From the IMG/VR virus record IMGVR_UViG_3300033141_004958: a stretch of 64,000 nt of DNA. One strand, given 5' to 3'. The DNA is from an uncultured virus (IMG/VR IMGVR_UViG_3300033141_004958) (taxonomy: Duplodnaviria > Heunggongvirae > Uroviricota > Caudoviricetes). The notes beneath the pieces are model-generated. The model had not been told where the DNA came from, made no database searches, and worked only from the letters and a program-made list of their open reading frames with translations. The translations under genes and the position numbers were made by a program. Numbering within the stretch: the stretch's first letter is position 1; the number at the start of each line of letters is the position of its first letter. Below are positions 1-9,612 of this stretch, in pieces.

Positions 1-581
1 TCAACCCAAGTTCATATTATTTACCACAGGGGCTACAGGATGATGTATATGGCATACCAAAGACAGCCATAACAAGAAAGGATATAGATAAATATGCATG
101 CGATGTGTCATTTATAGGGGATATACATCAGCCCATTCATGCATTTAGACAGCCCTATATTACTGCACTTATTAAATCGAATTTAAAATTTAAAATATGG
201 GGCTCTGAAAACCAACCACAAATATACGGTGAAGATCATAATAAGGCTGTTATACTAAGCACAATTAATTTAGGATTATCTACAACTTTTAATGGTAAAG
301 CGACAGGTAGTTGTAGTGTTAGAAATTATAAGATTATGGGGACTGGTGGATTTCTACTTGAACACTACTCTAAAGCTTTAGAACAATGGTTTCCATTGGA
401 TGCGAAACATTGCATATTTGGAACCTTTACATCTCCCGCTAATATGATTAAAAAAATTGAAAGGTATATAAACAATGATGGTTTGCGACGGCAAATTGCT
501 TTGCGTGGATTGCGGTGGGCTCGACGCAATACATATACACATCGAATACAACAAATGCTGGATATAATGGGGTTGAAATGA
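1..581 (+). CDS. Glycosyltransferase (CgeB/GT1-like C-terminal domain), 5' partial
   Basis: Motifs DVSFIG, INLGLS, SVRNYKIMGTGGFLL and RRQIALRG...NTYTHRIQQML are typical of CgeB-like glycosyltransferases; the frame appears to run off the left window edge. Confidence 0.75.
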   Translation, partial: NPSSYYLPQGLQDDVYGIPKTAITRKDIDKYACDVSFIGDIHQPIHAFRQPYITALIKSNLKFKIWGSENQPQIYGEDHNKAVILSTINLGLSTTFNGKATGSCSVRNYKIMGTGGFLLEHYSKALEQWFPLDAKHCIFGTFTSPANMIKKIERYINNDGLRRQIALRGLRWARRNTYTHRIQQMLDIMGLK

Positions 582-1312
582 AAAACGCTATAGTAACATT
601 GGCTATCGGTGAATCAGAGATTTGGGATTATACGTTTCCTATTTTCAAGATGGTTTGTTGTCGACGGGGTTGGGATTTTTGTGTTATCAACAAAAGAAAA
701 TTGAACTTATTCCCTGATGCCGAAGCATATAATATTATGTTCGAAAAATTTCAGGTTGTTGACTACTTTAAAGATTATGATAGGGTGCTATTGATAGATG
801 GGGATATTTTACTCTCTCCCAAATATCCTGATATATTTGATGCTACTCCTATTGATGCGATAGGTTGCGTCTATGAAGATAAGGGCAGTAGACAGTTAAA
901 TCGCCGCGCGCGAATACAACAGATAAAATTAATTACTAACGATAGTCGCCTTAATGACTGGAACACTGGTTATATGAATGCAGGCATGTTAGTATATTCT
1001 CGAAGCCATGCAAATGCCCTAAAGATAACATCACTCGATGACATCATAAAAACCCATATATCCAGCGACCAAAACACAGTAAACTATCTATGTCATCGCT
1101 CCAATCACCCAATTTGTGACTTAGGATATAAATGGAACCATATGTCAATGTTCTCGGAAGTATGGAATGGGGCCCCAAGTCGATATGATTCATATGCAAT
1201 ACATTATGCAGGTGGGGCAAGGTTCCCTGGAACAACATCCCCAAATAGAAATGCAGAAGAACAGCGCATGTACCTACTTAGAAAAGATTATGCATATTGG
1301 TGGGGTCTATAG
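578..1312 (+). CDS. GT-A fold glycosyltransferase (GT8-like)
   Basis: DYDRVLLIDGDIL (DxD), YMNAGMLV, SDQNTVN, KWN and IHYAG motifs; ATG at 578 overlaps the upstream stop. Confidence 0.8.
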   Translation: MKNAIVTLAIGESEIWDYTFPIFKMVCCRRGWDFCVINKRKLNLFPDAEAYNIMFEKFQVVDYFKDYDRVLLIDGDILLSPKYPDIFDATPIDAIGCVYEDKGSRQLNRRARIQQIKLITNDSRLNDWNTGYMNAGMLVYSRSHANALKITSLDDIIKTHISSDQNTVNYLCHRSNHPICDLGYKWNHMSMFSEVWNGAPSRYDSYAIHYAGGARFPGTTSPNRNAEEQRMYLLRKDYAYWWGL

Positions 1313-1926
1313 CATTGAAACGAGATAGCATAACTATAACGGCCGTTCCCAAGCCAGTTCTAAAACATCAACATATTATTATGGAATTTCCACCTGAATT
1401 TAATAGCATAATAAACATTGGCTGTGGTGAATGTGCATTCGATTTATTTCTTAAGCATGACGTACCGGAAATAAACTTAATTAGTATTGATATACAACAA
1501 CCTGCCACACTTTCCATGGAACAGATATCTTACTTGGATTTTAGAGTGGGTGATATACTTGATATATCAACAATACCAGTTAGAGGTGATGTCGTTATCG
1601 CCTCAGAAGTACTAGAACATATTGCGGACTGGAAATCTGCATTTAGAAACTTACTAGAACTATTCAATAAAACTCTCATACTAACAATACCTTGGCGGAA
1701 ATCATACAATTCTCCTGGGCATATTAATTTTTGGGATGATACATGTAGCGATGGTATTATGGCAATAGATACGTTTGTGATTGTGATGAAACAATATTTA
1801 TCCAGTGCTTCAAACGTAACCCTGAAATGGAAATTCAAAAAGATATTGACTAAAGAAGAAGACCGAGAAATGCAGCAACGATGTTATTTAATAACCATAA
1901 CAAAGGAACATATATGTGACAAATAA
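1297..1926 (+). CDS. Class I SAM-dependent methyltransferase
   Basis: IINIGCGE motif I; DVVIASEVLEHI; LILTIP. Confidence 0.8.
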   Translation: MVGSIALKRDSITITAVPKPVLKHQHIIMEFPPEFNSIINIGCGECAFDLFLKHDVPEINLISIDIQQPATLSMEQISYLDFRVGDILDISTIPVRGDVVIASEVLEHIADWKSAFRNLLELFNKTLILTIPWRKSYNSPGHINFWDDTCSDGIMAIDTFVIVMKQYLSSASNVTLKWKFKKILTKEEDREMQQRCYLITITKEHICDK

Positions 1927-2515
1927 AAAAGATATTTACCGACATAGAATAGATATAGATTTAATTTCTGATGATTCTATTATACTTGATGTTGGAGTTT
2001 GCCGCGGAGAAACAACACGGGCACTACGCAACGCTGTTGGCCCTGCTGTAAAAATTTATATGTTTGAGCCCGCAAGAAACAACATTATTAATTATGTAAT
2101 ACATCTAGTAGATGAGAATACAATATTGGTGCCGTATGCTATAGTTGGTAAAAATATATGGCGAGCATCTGGATTTATTGAATACAAACATTCAATTGGA
2201 TGGAGCAATATAAATAACATGTGGGATGGAATTCGAAATGAGGAGACCACCCAATATACGGTACCAACAGTACCTATCAATTCACTTACTAATTTCTTAA
2301 ATGTAGATGTGATTGATTACATTCAATTTGATGTTGAGGGTATGGAAAAGGAAATTGTGGACAATATGACTCTTGAAACAGCGGATCACATAATTCAGTT
2401 TTCTATGGAGGTGCATAGGCTATCGCACATAACCCCTATCAGAAATAAACTCGAGACATTGGGATATCTAACCGAAGTTAATTATACAAATGAACTATAT
2501 GCAATAAAAAAGTGA
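1916..2515 (+). CDS. FkbM-family methyltransferase
   Basis: ILDVGVCRG, MFEP, IDYIQFDVEGME, SMEVH motifs. Confidence 0.8.
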   Translation: MTNKKDIYRHRIDIDLISDDSIILDVGVCRGETTRALRNAVGPAVKIYMFEPARNNIINYVIHLVDENTILVPYAIVGKNIWRASGFIEYKHSIGWSNINNMWDGIRNEETTQYTVPTVPINSLTNFLNVDVIDYIQFDVEGMEKEIVDNMTLETADHIIQFSMEVHRLSHITPIRNKLETLGYLTEVNYTNELYAIKK

Positions 2516-2522
2516 GGCAAAA

Positions 2523-3281
2523 ATGATATTTATAACAGGATCTGGCCGTTCTGGTACTACTATACATCTGGAACTATTGAGAACTTATTGCCCGGATGTG
2601 ACGGTACATAAAGATGTGGAGGATAGACAATTATTCAAACGAGACCCAACAACACTACCTCTAACATATGCGGTCAAGTTGACTACCAATTGGTATGATC
2701 TTGCGGCTATCAAAACATTTATGGCGGCGAATCCAAATATGAAAGTTATCTATACACAGCGAGACCCACGCGATATAGTTATCAGTAAAATGTATCGCGG
2801 GTTACCTCGAGATCTTGGTGGCGATGGGTCAAACCAACTTTCAGCCGATGCCACGCCCCAGGGGGCGATATCCGACATGCAGCATGCATGGGATGTATAT
2901 ACATTTCTTAGAGAGACGCATCCGACCAGATTATTAGTCGTAAAATTAGAGGACACAATTCTAAATACTGCTGCACAAATTGAACGTATCGCCAGGTTCT
3001 TGAATTTAAAGTACGTGCCATTTACGGGCGAAGTGCCGATGCGAGATAACTATAAACGAGCTCGATATGGAACAAAAATAGATAAATCCCAAGTTGGCTT
3101 ATGGCGCAGAATTGACCATATCTATAATGGTTATTTTACTGCCCCGGAATGTCGTCGGCAGCTACTTGAGGCATTGCAATCTCCCCTTATTAAAGAGGGT
3201 ATTCAAACATTTAATTATCCGGATGGGGATGTGGGGGATAAAGTGATATCAGATAAGCATCCCACACCTGGCGATGAATAA
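2523..3281 (+). CDS. Sulfotransferase
   Basis: IFITGSGRSGTT (5'-PSB), RDPRDIVIS (3'-PB), LLVVKLED, IARFL. Confidence 0.85.
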   Translation: MIFITGSGRSGTTIHLELLRTYCPDVTVHKDVEDRQLFKRDPTTLPLTYAVKLTTNWYDLAAIKTFMAANPNMKVIYTQRDPRDIVISKMYRGLPRDLGGDGSNQLSADATPQGAISDMQHAWDVYTFLRETHPTRLLVVKLEDTILNTAAQIERIARFLNLKYVPFTGEVPMRDNYKRARYGTKIDKSQVGLWRRIDHIYNGYFTAPECRRQLLEALQSPLIKEGIQTFNYPDGDVGDKVISDKHPTPGDE

Positions 3282-3319
3282 TAATATGATATCATTATAA
3301 GCAGAATTCATAGTATCAC

Positions 3320-3348
3320 TTGAGATTTCAACATTAATATATTATAAT
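3320..3348 (+). promoter_or_regulatory. Sigma70-type promoter (TTGAGA-N17-TATAAT)
   Basis: Intergenic; upstream of the AAGGAG RBS of queE. Confidence 0.5.
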
Positions 3349-3377
3349 ATTATTAAAAGGCCCAAAAGGAGAAGTTT

Positions 3378-4151
3378 ATGAGATTGGCAGAGCTCCCCTT
3401 TGTAAGCATTCAGGGTGAAGGCCCATATGTAGGTAGGCCGAGCTTGTTTATTAGACTGCAGGGATGCAATCTAAAACCACCTTGCGCATGGTGCGATACT
3501 GCATATGCATTGAGCAAAACCGCTGGGGAAGAAATAGATACTATAGACCTTTTTGGTATTTTCAAAGCGCTTCGTCCCCAATATGAAAATGTAGTGATAA
3601 CGGGCGGGGAACCATTTCTATTTCAACATGAGATAGTAGATATTCATAGATATTTTTATGAAAGATCGACGTACCTTGCACCAACATTTGAAATCGAAAC
3701 AAATGGTTCTCTAGCTCCCGATATCGGGATATTATCTGCCGCCCTGGGGCCGGGAACCGGTATACGTCTAAGCCCTAAATATGCACACCATGACGGCATA
3801 GTTCCTCGGGGGGCATCTAATATTGTTAGGATGTACCATGACATCCAGAGAGAACTTAAATGTTCTCTCATTATCAAGTTAGTTGCCGAAGTTACAGATA
3901 TATCCGATGAATCTGTAAATTGGCTTGAAACGATATTAAAGCAAAGAATTCAATTTCTGAGGAGGATATTTAGAGAATCACAAATAGGAAATCAACTACC
4001 TCAAGCCCCTATTTATATAATGCCATTGGGTGCGACACAAGAAGAGCAACTAAACGTTATGGAATTGATAGCCGATTTTTGTCTCAAAAATTCATATCGA
4101 TTTTCTCCAAGATTACATACGCTTATATGGGGAAACGTTAGAGGAAAATAA
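3378..4151 (+). CDS. queE: 7-carboxy-7-deazaguanine synthase (radical SAM)
   Basis: FVSIQGEG, FIRLQGCNLxxxCxWCDT, VITGGEP, EIETNG, LSPK, RFSPRLHTLIWG. Confidence 0.92.
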   Translation: MRLAELPFVSIQGEGPYVGRPSLFIRLQGCNLKPPCAWCDTAYALSKTAGEEIDTIDLFGIFKALRPQYENVVITGGEPFLFQHEIVDIHRYFYERSTYLAPTFEIETNGSLAPDIGILSAALGPGTGIRLSPKYAHHDGIVPRGASNIVRMYHDIQRELKCSLIIKLVAEVTDISDESVNWLETILKQRIQFLRRIFRESQIGNQLPQAPIYIMPLGATQEEQLNVMELIADFCLKNSYRFSPRLHTLIWGNVRGK

Positions 4152-4162
4152 GGAGAATACTA

Positions 4163-4759
4163 ATGAAAATTGATTCTCTTCTGGACTATGATGAAATTGC
4201 CATATTAATTGACGGGGATATTCCACCGACTACTCTATTAGCAGATCTGGTCGCACATGGTATAAAACATATAACAGCGATTAGAGTCGATGATGATGAG
4301 TTGCCTGCTGATCCGGTAAAAACACGCATGGCTGAAATTCAAAGTGCATATTATGGCGCAAATTATATTCATACTACGTCGCATGATATAACCATAGAAC
4401 CTATTGACTGCGATGCAATTGTAGCGGATGTGTTGCGCGCGGCGAGTATTGCACTTGACCGTGGCATTGGCGTACTTGTTGATGCACAGTATAACCAATT
4501 TAGTGTACCACCCGATGGAGCTCTATTTAAGAATACTGATATTGTACTTGCGCGACCATATTCAAAATTAACGCTTGATGAAATTATAAAAATAGGTGTT
4601 GCATTGGGCGTCGATTATCGTTATACTATAAGTTGTATAAAAGGAAATGATTGCGGAGAATGCAGCAAGTGCAAAGACCGTATACATGCGTTCATATTAA
4701 ATGGTTGCATAGATCCTCTTGAAAGCGAATATGGGGGTGAAATAGAATCGACTGTATAG
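4163..4759 (+). CDS. queC: QueC-like protein (degenerate PP-loop, Zn-binding C-terminus retained)
   Basis: C-terminal G..LGVDY.YT.SC....CGECSKCKDR..AF...G..DP matches QueC; follows queE; SGGxDS motif absent. Confidence 0.65.
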   Translation: MKIDSLLDYDEIAILIDGDIPPTTLLADLVAHGIKHITAIRVDDDELPADPVKTRMAEIQSAYYGANYIHTTSHDITIEPIDCDAIVADVLRAASIALDRGIGVLVDAQYNQFSVPPDGALFKNTDIVLARPYSKLTLDEIIKIGVALGVDYRYTISCIKGNDCGECSKCKDRIHAFILNGCIDPLESEYGGEIESTV

Positions 4760-5088
4760 TTGTAAGTAAAGGGTGCACAACGAGGTGTCGGATGGCCTCG
4801 TAAAACCCCGACAAACAAAATAATTGCTGACAATAGCAACTATAGAATGGCAGCTTAAAGCCATTCCGCTACATATTTTTGCCTGTTAAAATATGCAGCG
4901 ACCGGTAACAGGATAGGGCAATATTCTTAAACTCGGGAGAGTATATGCCGACAATAAACCGAGTTGCGCGTATGCTGGTCTGGTTTGGAGTCCAGTATTC
5001 GCTAAGTTTAAATCCAAACCTATTTGTGTAGACCCCTTTATAAATAAACTATAGCAGGACGTCGGGGCAGAACCGACCACCTCCACCA
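4733..5088 (+). ncRNA. ssrA: tmRNA (one-piece), tag peptide (A)ADNSNYRMAA*
   Basis: 5' GGGGGTGAAATAGAATCGAC pairs with 3' CACCTCC-A-CCA with a G3:U wobble; T-arm GTCGG-GGCAGAA-CCGAC; resume context AAAATAATT-GCT; tag ORF 4826-4858 ends in AA-stop; 356 nt. Confidence 0.95.
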
Positions 5089-5116
5089 TTTTTCTTTTTT
5101 TTTGGAGCAACATATT

Positions 5117-5707
5117 ATGAGAATCGGAGTCGATATTGATTCCGTTGTTGCAAATACTTCGCTTGCTATTAGAGATTGGTTCATATCTCATGCAGTAGAA
5201 TATGATTTCAATGAAGCAGATATTATGCTTATAATACGACTACATCACCGTGGAGTATATTTCTACGAAGATCATCATCCCAAAATTTCGAAGAAGGATA
5301 TGTATAAGATGCTGCGTACGCCAGAATTCTTCAGTGGCATCAAACCATATCGTAATATGATACGCGCATTTCGGAAGATTAAGACTGACGCCCCATATGT
5401 TAAATATATAATGGTGACTGGCAGACAGAACATTAATAATGCGGTTACAAAATCTTGGCTAACACGAGTTGGTATGCCCTGGGATGAAGTACATACGGTT
5501 GGTCGATATGATAAATCATCTAGAGTAAAAACACTAAATGGATTTGTTGAAGATTGGCCAGGCCATATTGAAGAATATCTTAAATATTGTCCGGTAGTAA
5601 TATGTGATCAACCATGGAATCAGTCTGTCAGAGTTCCCCGCGTATATCCCAATGGACCAGTAAATGCCACAGTAAAAACACTCAAGAAAACGATTGGAAT
5701 ACTATGA
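5117..5707 (+). CDS. HAD-family 5'(3')-deoxyribonucleotidase-like protein
   Basis: RIGVDIDSVVAN (DxD), VTGR, FVED, QPWN motifs. Confidence 0.8.
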   Translation: MRIGVDIDSVVANTSLAIRDWFISHAVEYDFNEADIMLIIRLHHRGVYFYEDHHPKISKKDMYKMLRTPEFFSGIKPYRNMIRAFRKIKTDAPYVKYIMVTGRQNINNAVTKSWLTRVGMPWDEVHTVGRYDKSSRVKTLNGFVEDWPGHIEEYLKYCPVVICDQPWNQSVRVPRVYPNGPVNATVKTLKKTIGIL

Positions 5708-6000
5708 CAACCGACATAGATGCACATCCACTAGATATCATTGATTCTATATTGGCTATAGCCGACGACACGCACAGCGAAGAACTACTAGTAGAGCTGG
5801 AGTCATATGCGTGGCGGTTACTGCAGGAATTTACAGAGCCACCGAAAACATTACAAAAAATGCGGAGGGCAGTTTTCATCGACCCCAAAATCGAATCCAA
5901 AACGAAGGTACCAGATAATATACTAAAGGATGCAATCAGGACTATAATATACAAGGAAATGGAATCCATCCTGGATTATTTGGTCCAGGAGATGCCCTAA
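5704..6000 (+). CDS. Hypothetical protein
   Basis: ATGA overlap with upstream gene; 98-aa ORF. Confidence 0.6.
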   Translation: MTTDIDAHPLDIIDSILAIADDTHSEELLVELESYAWRLLQEFTEPPKTLQKMRRAVFIDPKIESKTKVPDNILKDAIRTIIYKEMESILDYLVQEMP

Positions 6001-6077
6001 CTAAAAGAAATGCCAATTGTTTTAGCCTTATGCCATGCCATTTCTCCGAAAAATATAAAAAAAACTAAAAAAATGTC

Positions 6078-6105
6078 TTGATATATCATATAACTACCAT
6101 ATAAT
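6078..6105 (+). promoter_or_regulatory. Early promoter TTGATA-N16-TATAAT
   Basis: Member of a repeated 16-bp-spacer promoter family; A-tract upstream. Confidence 0.65.
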
Positions 6106-6146
6106 TATGATAATTATAAAATGGTTCTTTTTATAGGAGGCAGGGA

Positions 6147-6332
6147 ATGAGGCTTATTGACGAGCAGGCTCGAGATCGGTATGAATGTATGCTTAGAAAA
6201 AGAGAGTCGCTAATTGTCACGCTTCAATACCCAGATGGTCATCGTCGAGAAAATGTCGATATATCGGTGCTTTCTTACGATGGTCGACAGAATCTTGAGA
6301 AAGCAGGCATTGAAATTATAGTGCAGGAGTAG
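6147..6332 (+). CDS. Hypothetical protein
   Basis: GGAGG RBS directly after the promoter. Confidence 0.6.
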   Translation: MRLIDEQARDRYECMLRKRESLIVTLQYPDGHRRENVDISVLSYDGRQNLEKAGIEIIVQE

Positions 6333-6344
6333 GGGTAACCCCAA

Positions 6345-6698
6345 ATGGCATATCCAACACATGACAAAGACCTATATGATCTTACAACCAATTCGCGAGA
6401 ATATAATACTCTGAAATCCATAATGGAGGAGCTAACGAGGGCAAGAGCCATATGGCCGCGTTGGCCATCAGATATATTTGAGGCCCTTGCAATCGTAAAC
6501 GAAGAACTCGGCGAATCACAACAGGCAGCCCTTCAACTTTGCCACGAAAACGGTTCAATCGAGGCCCTTAGAACAGAACTCATTCAACTTGCTGCGATGG
6601 TCATTCGAATGATAGTCGATACACCGATGACGCCATCAGATATAGAAAAATTTAAAGCAATGCACAAACCACTTCTACCGCAAATCAATCGTTTGTAA
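6345..6698 (+). CDS. MazG-like all-alpha NTP pyrophosphohydrolase
   Basis: EELGE...ELIQLAAM motif pair. Confidence 0.6.
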   Translation: MAYPTHDKDLYDLTTNSREYNTLKSIMEELTRARAIWPRWPSDIFEALAIVNEELGESQQAALQLCHENGSIEALRTELIQLAAMVIRMIVDTPMTPSDIEKFKAMHKPLLPQINRL

Positions 6699-6720
6699 TT
6701 GTTATAGGAGAGTTTGTGGC

Positions 6721-7593
6721 GTGGGATATATGAAAATTCCCAATTTGTATAAGGACCAAACCATTTTAATGTTTAAGAAATGTTTTGCAATGGAAAAAAT
6801 CCATGGTACCAGCACGCACATTACATACACTCCTGATGCAAACACGCTTACATTCTTCTCTGGTGGCGTAAAGTATGAAGACTTTGTGAATTTGTTCGAT
6901 GTAGAAGCATTGACTCGTACCTTCGCACAGGCGAATTTTCCAACTACAACCACTATATATGGAGAAGCCTATGGTGGAAAGTGCCAAGGGATGGCACATA
7001 TATATGGAAAAGATTTGCGGTTTGTCGCATTCGAGGCACAAATAGGTAATTTGTTCTTGGCTGTTCCGCAAGCCGAAAATGTTGCTACTCGCCTTGGCTT
7101 GGATTTCGTTGACTATAAGTTGATTAATACTGATATGAATGAGATTGACGCTGAGCGTGACCGACCATCCGCACAAGCCATAAAAAATGGAATGCCGAAT
7201 GATTGCCCACGGGAAGGGATTGTATTACGCCCCCAAAAAGAATTTAGAGATAATAGCGGTAGGCGTATCATTGCCAAGCACAAGTCGGTAGATTTTTCTG
7301 AGACGGCAACACCCCGTAAGGTAACAGACCCGAGCAAGCTTAAGCGGCTGGCAGAAGCAAATGAAATTGCCGATGAATGGGTCACTGAAATGCGCATGTC
7401 ACATATCCTGGGAAAATTATCGCCAGAAAAAATTACCATCCAAAATACTGGATTGGTTGTTCAAATGATGTTGGAGGATATTTTAGTTGAGGCGGAAGGT
7501 GAAATTGAAGATTCCTCAGCCGCGAGAAAGGCAATTTGCCGCCGTGCCGCATTGATGTATAAGCGGCGTCTCAATCTCGGCCTCGTTACATAG
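6721..7593 (+). CDS. RNA ligase, Rnl2 family
   Basis: Nucleotidyltransferase motifs EKIHGT, YGEAYG, FVAFE, EGIVLRP, KHKS..F.E, plus a C-terminal VT..R...IL domain. Confidence 0.88.
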   Translation: MGYMKIPNLYKDQTILMFKKCFAMEKIHGTSTHITYTPDANTLTFFSGGVKYEDFVNLFDVEALTRTFAQANFPTTTTIYGEAYGGKCQGMAHIYGKDLRFVAFEAQIGNLFLAVPQAENVATRLGLDFVDYKLINTDMNEIDAERDRPSAQAIKNGMPNDCPREGIVLRPQKEFRDNSGRRIIAKHKSVDFSETATPRKVTDPSKLKRLAEANEIADEWVTEMRMSHILGKLSPEKITIQNTGLVVQMMLEDILVEAEGEIEDSSAARKAICRRAALMYKRRLNLGLVT

Positions 7594-7730
7594 GACTAAC
7601 AGAGGTTTCATATGAAGATAATTGTACAACGAGCTTTATATGCATAGCAAATGCCGCAATAGTAACCATCGAGACTTCCAGAGGACCAATAACACTAGAG
7701 ATCACAGAGGTACACAGGCCACCAATTGGA

Positions 7731-8111
7731 TTGCTTTTATGGCAACCACCTCGGCCAGAGATTCAAATTACTTGGTATTTTGCAATAAAAGAGGCATCCG
7801 GCCAAACCCCTATAACTGTACAAAACGCATGGCCGGGTTCACTCGCAGGGGAACGATTCTCACAGATGGTACCAATTTATGGAGAGCAATTTAATTGCCT
7901 TGAGTGGGGATTCCAGCCACGCATAACAAATACCCTTACGAGCGTTGCAGATGTTGCGGCTCTTTCCAAGTGGCCAGCGAATGTTCGTTCCATGGTAGTT
8001 AATAGCGAAGTCAAAGAACATCTCGGTGAAGGGCTATGCCGCATATCGGGAAACAGTGCCCAATCATATTATGATGGCATTTCCAGTTTGTGGGCTGGGA
8101 TAATATTGTAG
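7731..8111 (+). CDS. Hypothetical protein (start uncertain, possibly frameshifted from ATG 7612)
   Basis: The frame is open upstream of 7731; the RBS and ATG at 7612 are in another frame. Confidence 0.35.
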   Translation: MLLWQPPRPEIQITWYFAIKEASGQTPITVQNAWPGSLAGERFSQMVPIYGEQFNCLEWGFQPRITNTLTSVADVAALSKWPANVRSMVVNSEVKEHLGEGLCRISGNSAQSYYDGISSLWAGIIL

Positions 8112-8334
8112 CCTGGCCACCGGAAACCGCATATCATGTCGCGTTTGCCAAACAATTTTCGGGATATTGCAATTTATTAGTTGTATTACCGGACAATGCA
8201 AATATAATAAAAAGGCATTTTATAAGAACAGAAGTATCTTTGGCAGGTAGTTATTGAACATGGGCAAATGAAAATTATTGAAGAGAGAGGATTCCAAAAC
8301 ACATTGACATGATTGCTATAGATTGGAGGTAAAG

Positions 8335-8733
8335 ATGATTACGATTGAGGAAATACGCAAGGCGGCAAAGGCGGTGGATTGGACAGTAATAAGTCACGAT
8401 GCATGGTATGAGGATGCGGCGCCGTACAATTGTACTTCAGAAATTATCTTAGCTGCGAACGCGGCAGACTCAGATCCAGTAGTATGTATAACGCGTGATA
8501 TTGAGTTTCGCGGCTATGGCTCAGATCTGACCGCCGCTAAGGACCAAGCGCGCAAAAACGTCATGCTGTTTCTCGAGGCCGTCAGACGTATGATGGGCAA
8601 AGAGCCAATAACAACCAAATCGGAAGAAGTCAAACATCTACGGGAACGTATTGCTGCATATGATGCGGCTCTTACTGAAGCTGTTTTGGCATTTAGTCAT
8701 TTACGAGATGAATTGCATGGAGATGTAAAATGA
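8335..8733 (+). CDS. Hypothetical protein with C-terminal coiled coil
   Basis: GGAGGT RBS; EEVKHLRERI segment. Confidence 0.65.
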   Translation: MITIEEIRKAAKAVDWTVISHDAWYEDAAPYNCTSEIILAANAADSDPVVCITRDIEFRGYGSDLTAAKDQARKNVMLFLEAVRRMMGKEPITTKSEEVKHLRERIAAYDAALTEAVLAFSHLRDELHGDVK

Positions 8734-8909
8734 TGGAATTTCGAGAATGGTTTGAGCGGACATTACGAAAGCGAACTAAACCTGGCAGGGCAGAACCAAT
8801 TGAGCATCGTCCTTCGTGCGGTGGTAGAAATGGATATGATATCCTCGAGAAACGGGCTCTTGTAAAGGAAGTTAAACAGGCATTAAGAGAAATCAAAGAA
8901 ACATTATAA
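8730..8909 (+). CDS. Small hypothetical protein (59 aa)
   Basis: ATGA-coupled ORF MMEFREWFER...KETL read directly from the sequence. Confidence 0.45.
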   Translation: MMEFREWFERTLRKRTKPGRAEPIEHRPSCGGRNGYDILEKRALVKEVKQALREIKETL

Positions 8910-8923
8910 CCGCGGGAAATAAT

Positions 8924-9430
8924 ATGCAAGAAATTAATGGCCTAAAACCAGGGATATCAGATGGTTTGATTTTACCATGTGCAATTTGCCATCGCCGACT
9001 ACATTTCGATTATATTGTACGTGATGATATTTGGCGAGCCGTGGTACCAAAAGCATTGCGTCAAAATGTTATTTGCTTACCATGTCTTGACCGCCTTGCA
9101 ATAGCACTAGGATATGATATAGGATCTGCTATCCTATCAATTCAATGGACAGGAATTGGAAAAACATTAGTGCTTGATCCGATTGTACTTTACCGCTATA
9201 ATCCACGATGTACTAACAATAAGGATATTGAAGTGAATGAACTTATTAAAAAACAAGCAGCAGAGATTGAGCATCTTCGTGAGCAGCGTGATTACTATAT
9301 GGATAGATGTCGAGATTTGCGTCGGCAAGCACGGCTACAAATTCAAGTTCCATCAATTTCGAATTCAACTAAACCGCAACATATGTCGGGCGTTATTCCA
9401 ATGACCCGACGCATTTCTAGAAATGGGTAA
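8924..9430 (+). CDS. Hypothetical Zn-binding (CxxC...CLPC) protein
   Basis: CAIC, Y.V.D.IW and ICLPCL motifs typical of a phage family; AEIEHLRE coiled coil. Confidence 0.6.
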   Translation: MQEINGLKPGISDGLILPCAICHRRLHFDYIVRDDIWRAVVPKALRQNVICLPCLDRLAIALGYDIGSAILSIQWTGIGKTLVLDPIVLYRYNPRCTNNKDIEVNELIKKQAAEIEHLREQRDYYMDRCRDLRRQARLQIQVPSISNSTKPQHMSGVIPMTRRISRNG

Positions 9431-9612
9431 CGAATATGCATATTGATCAAGCTCTAAACGAAGCAAGAAAAGCACTGGCGGGAGATGAGAATGGATTGCA
9501 CCAAGCCCCAAGCCCTGACTGTATTGCATGTCTGCTATAGCAGAAATTGATAGATTGCGATATGCTAATCAATTATATCATATGGCATTGGAGATAATAA
9601 AAGGAATTAATA

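Noticed and set aside
4621..5191. Minus-strand ORFs 4621-4839 and 4886-5191
   Set aside because: They are antisense to the tmRNA and have no protein motifs
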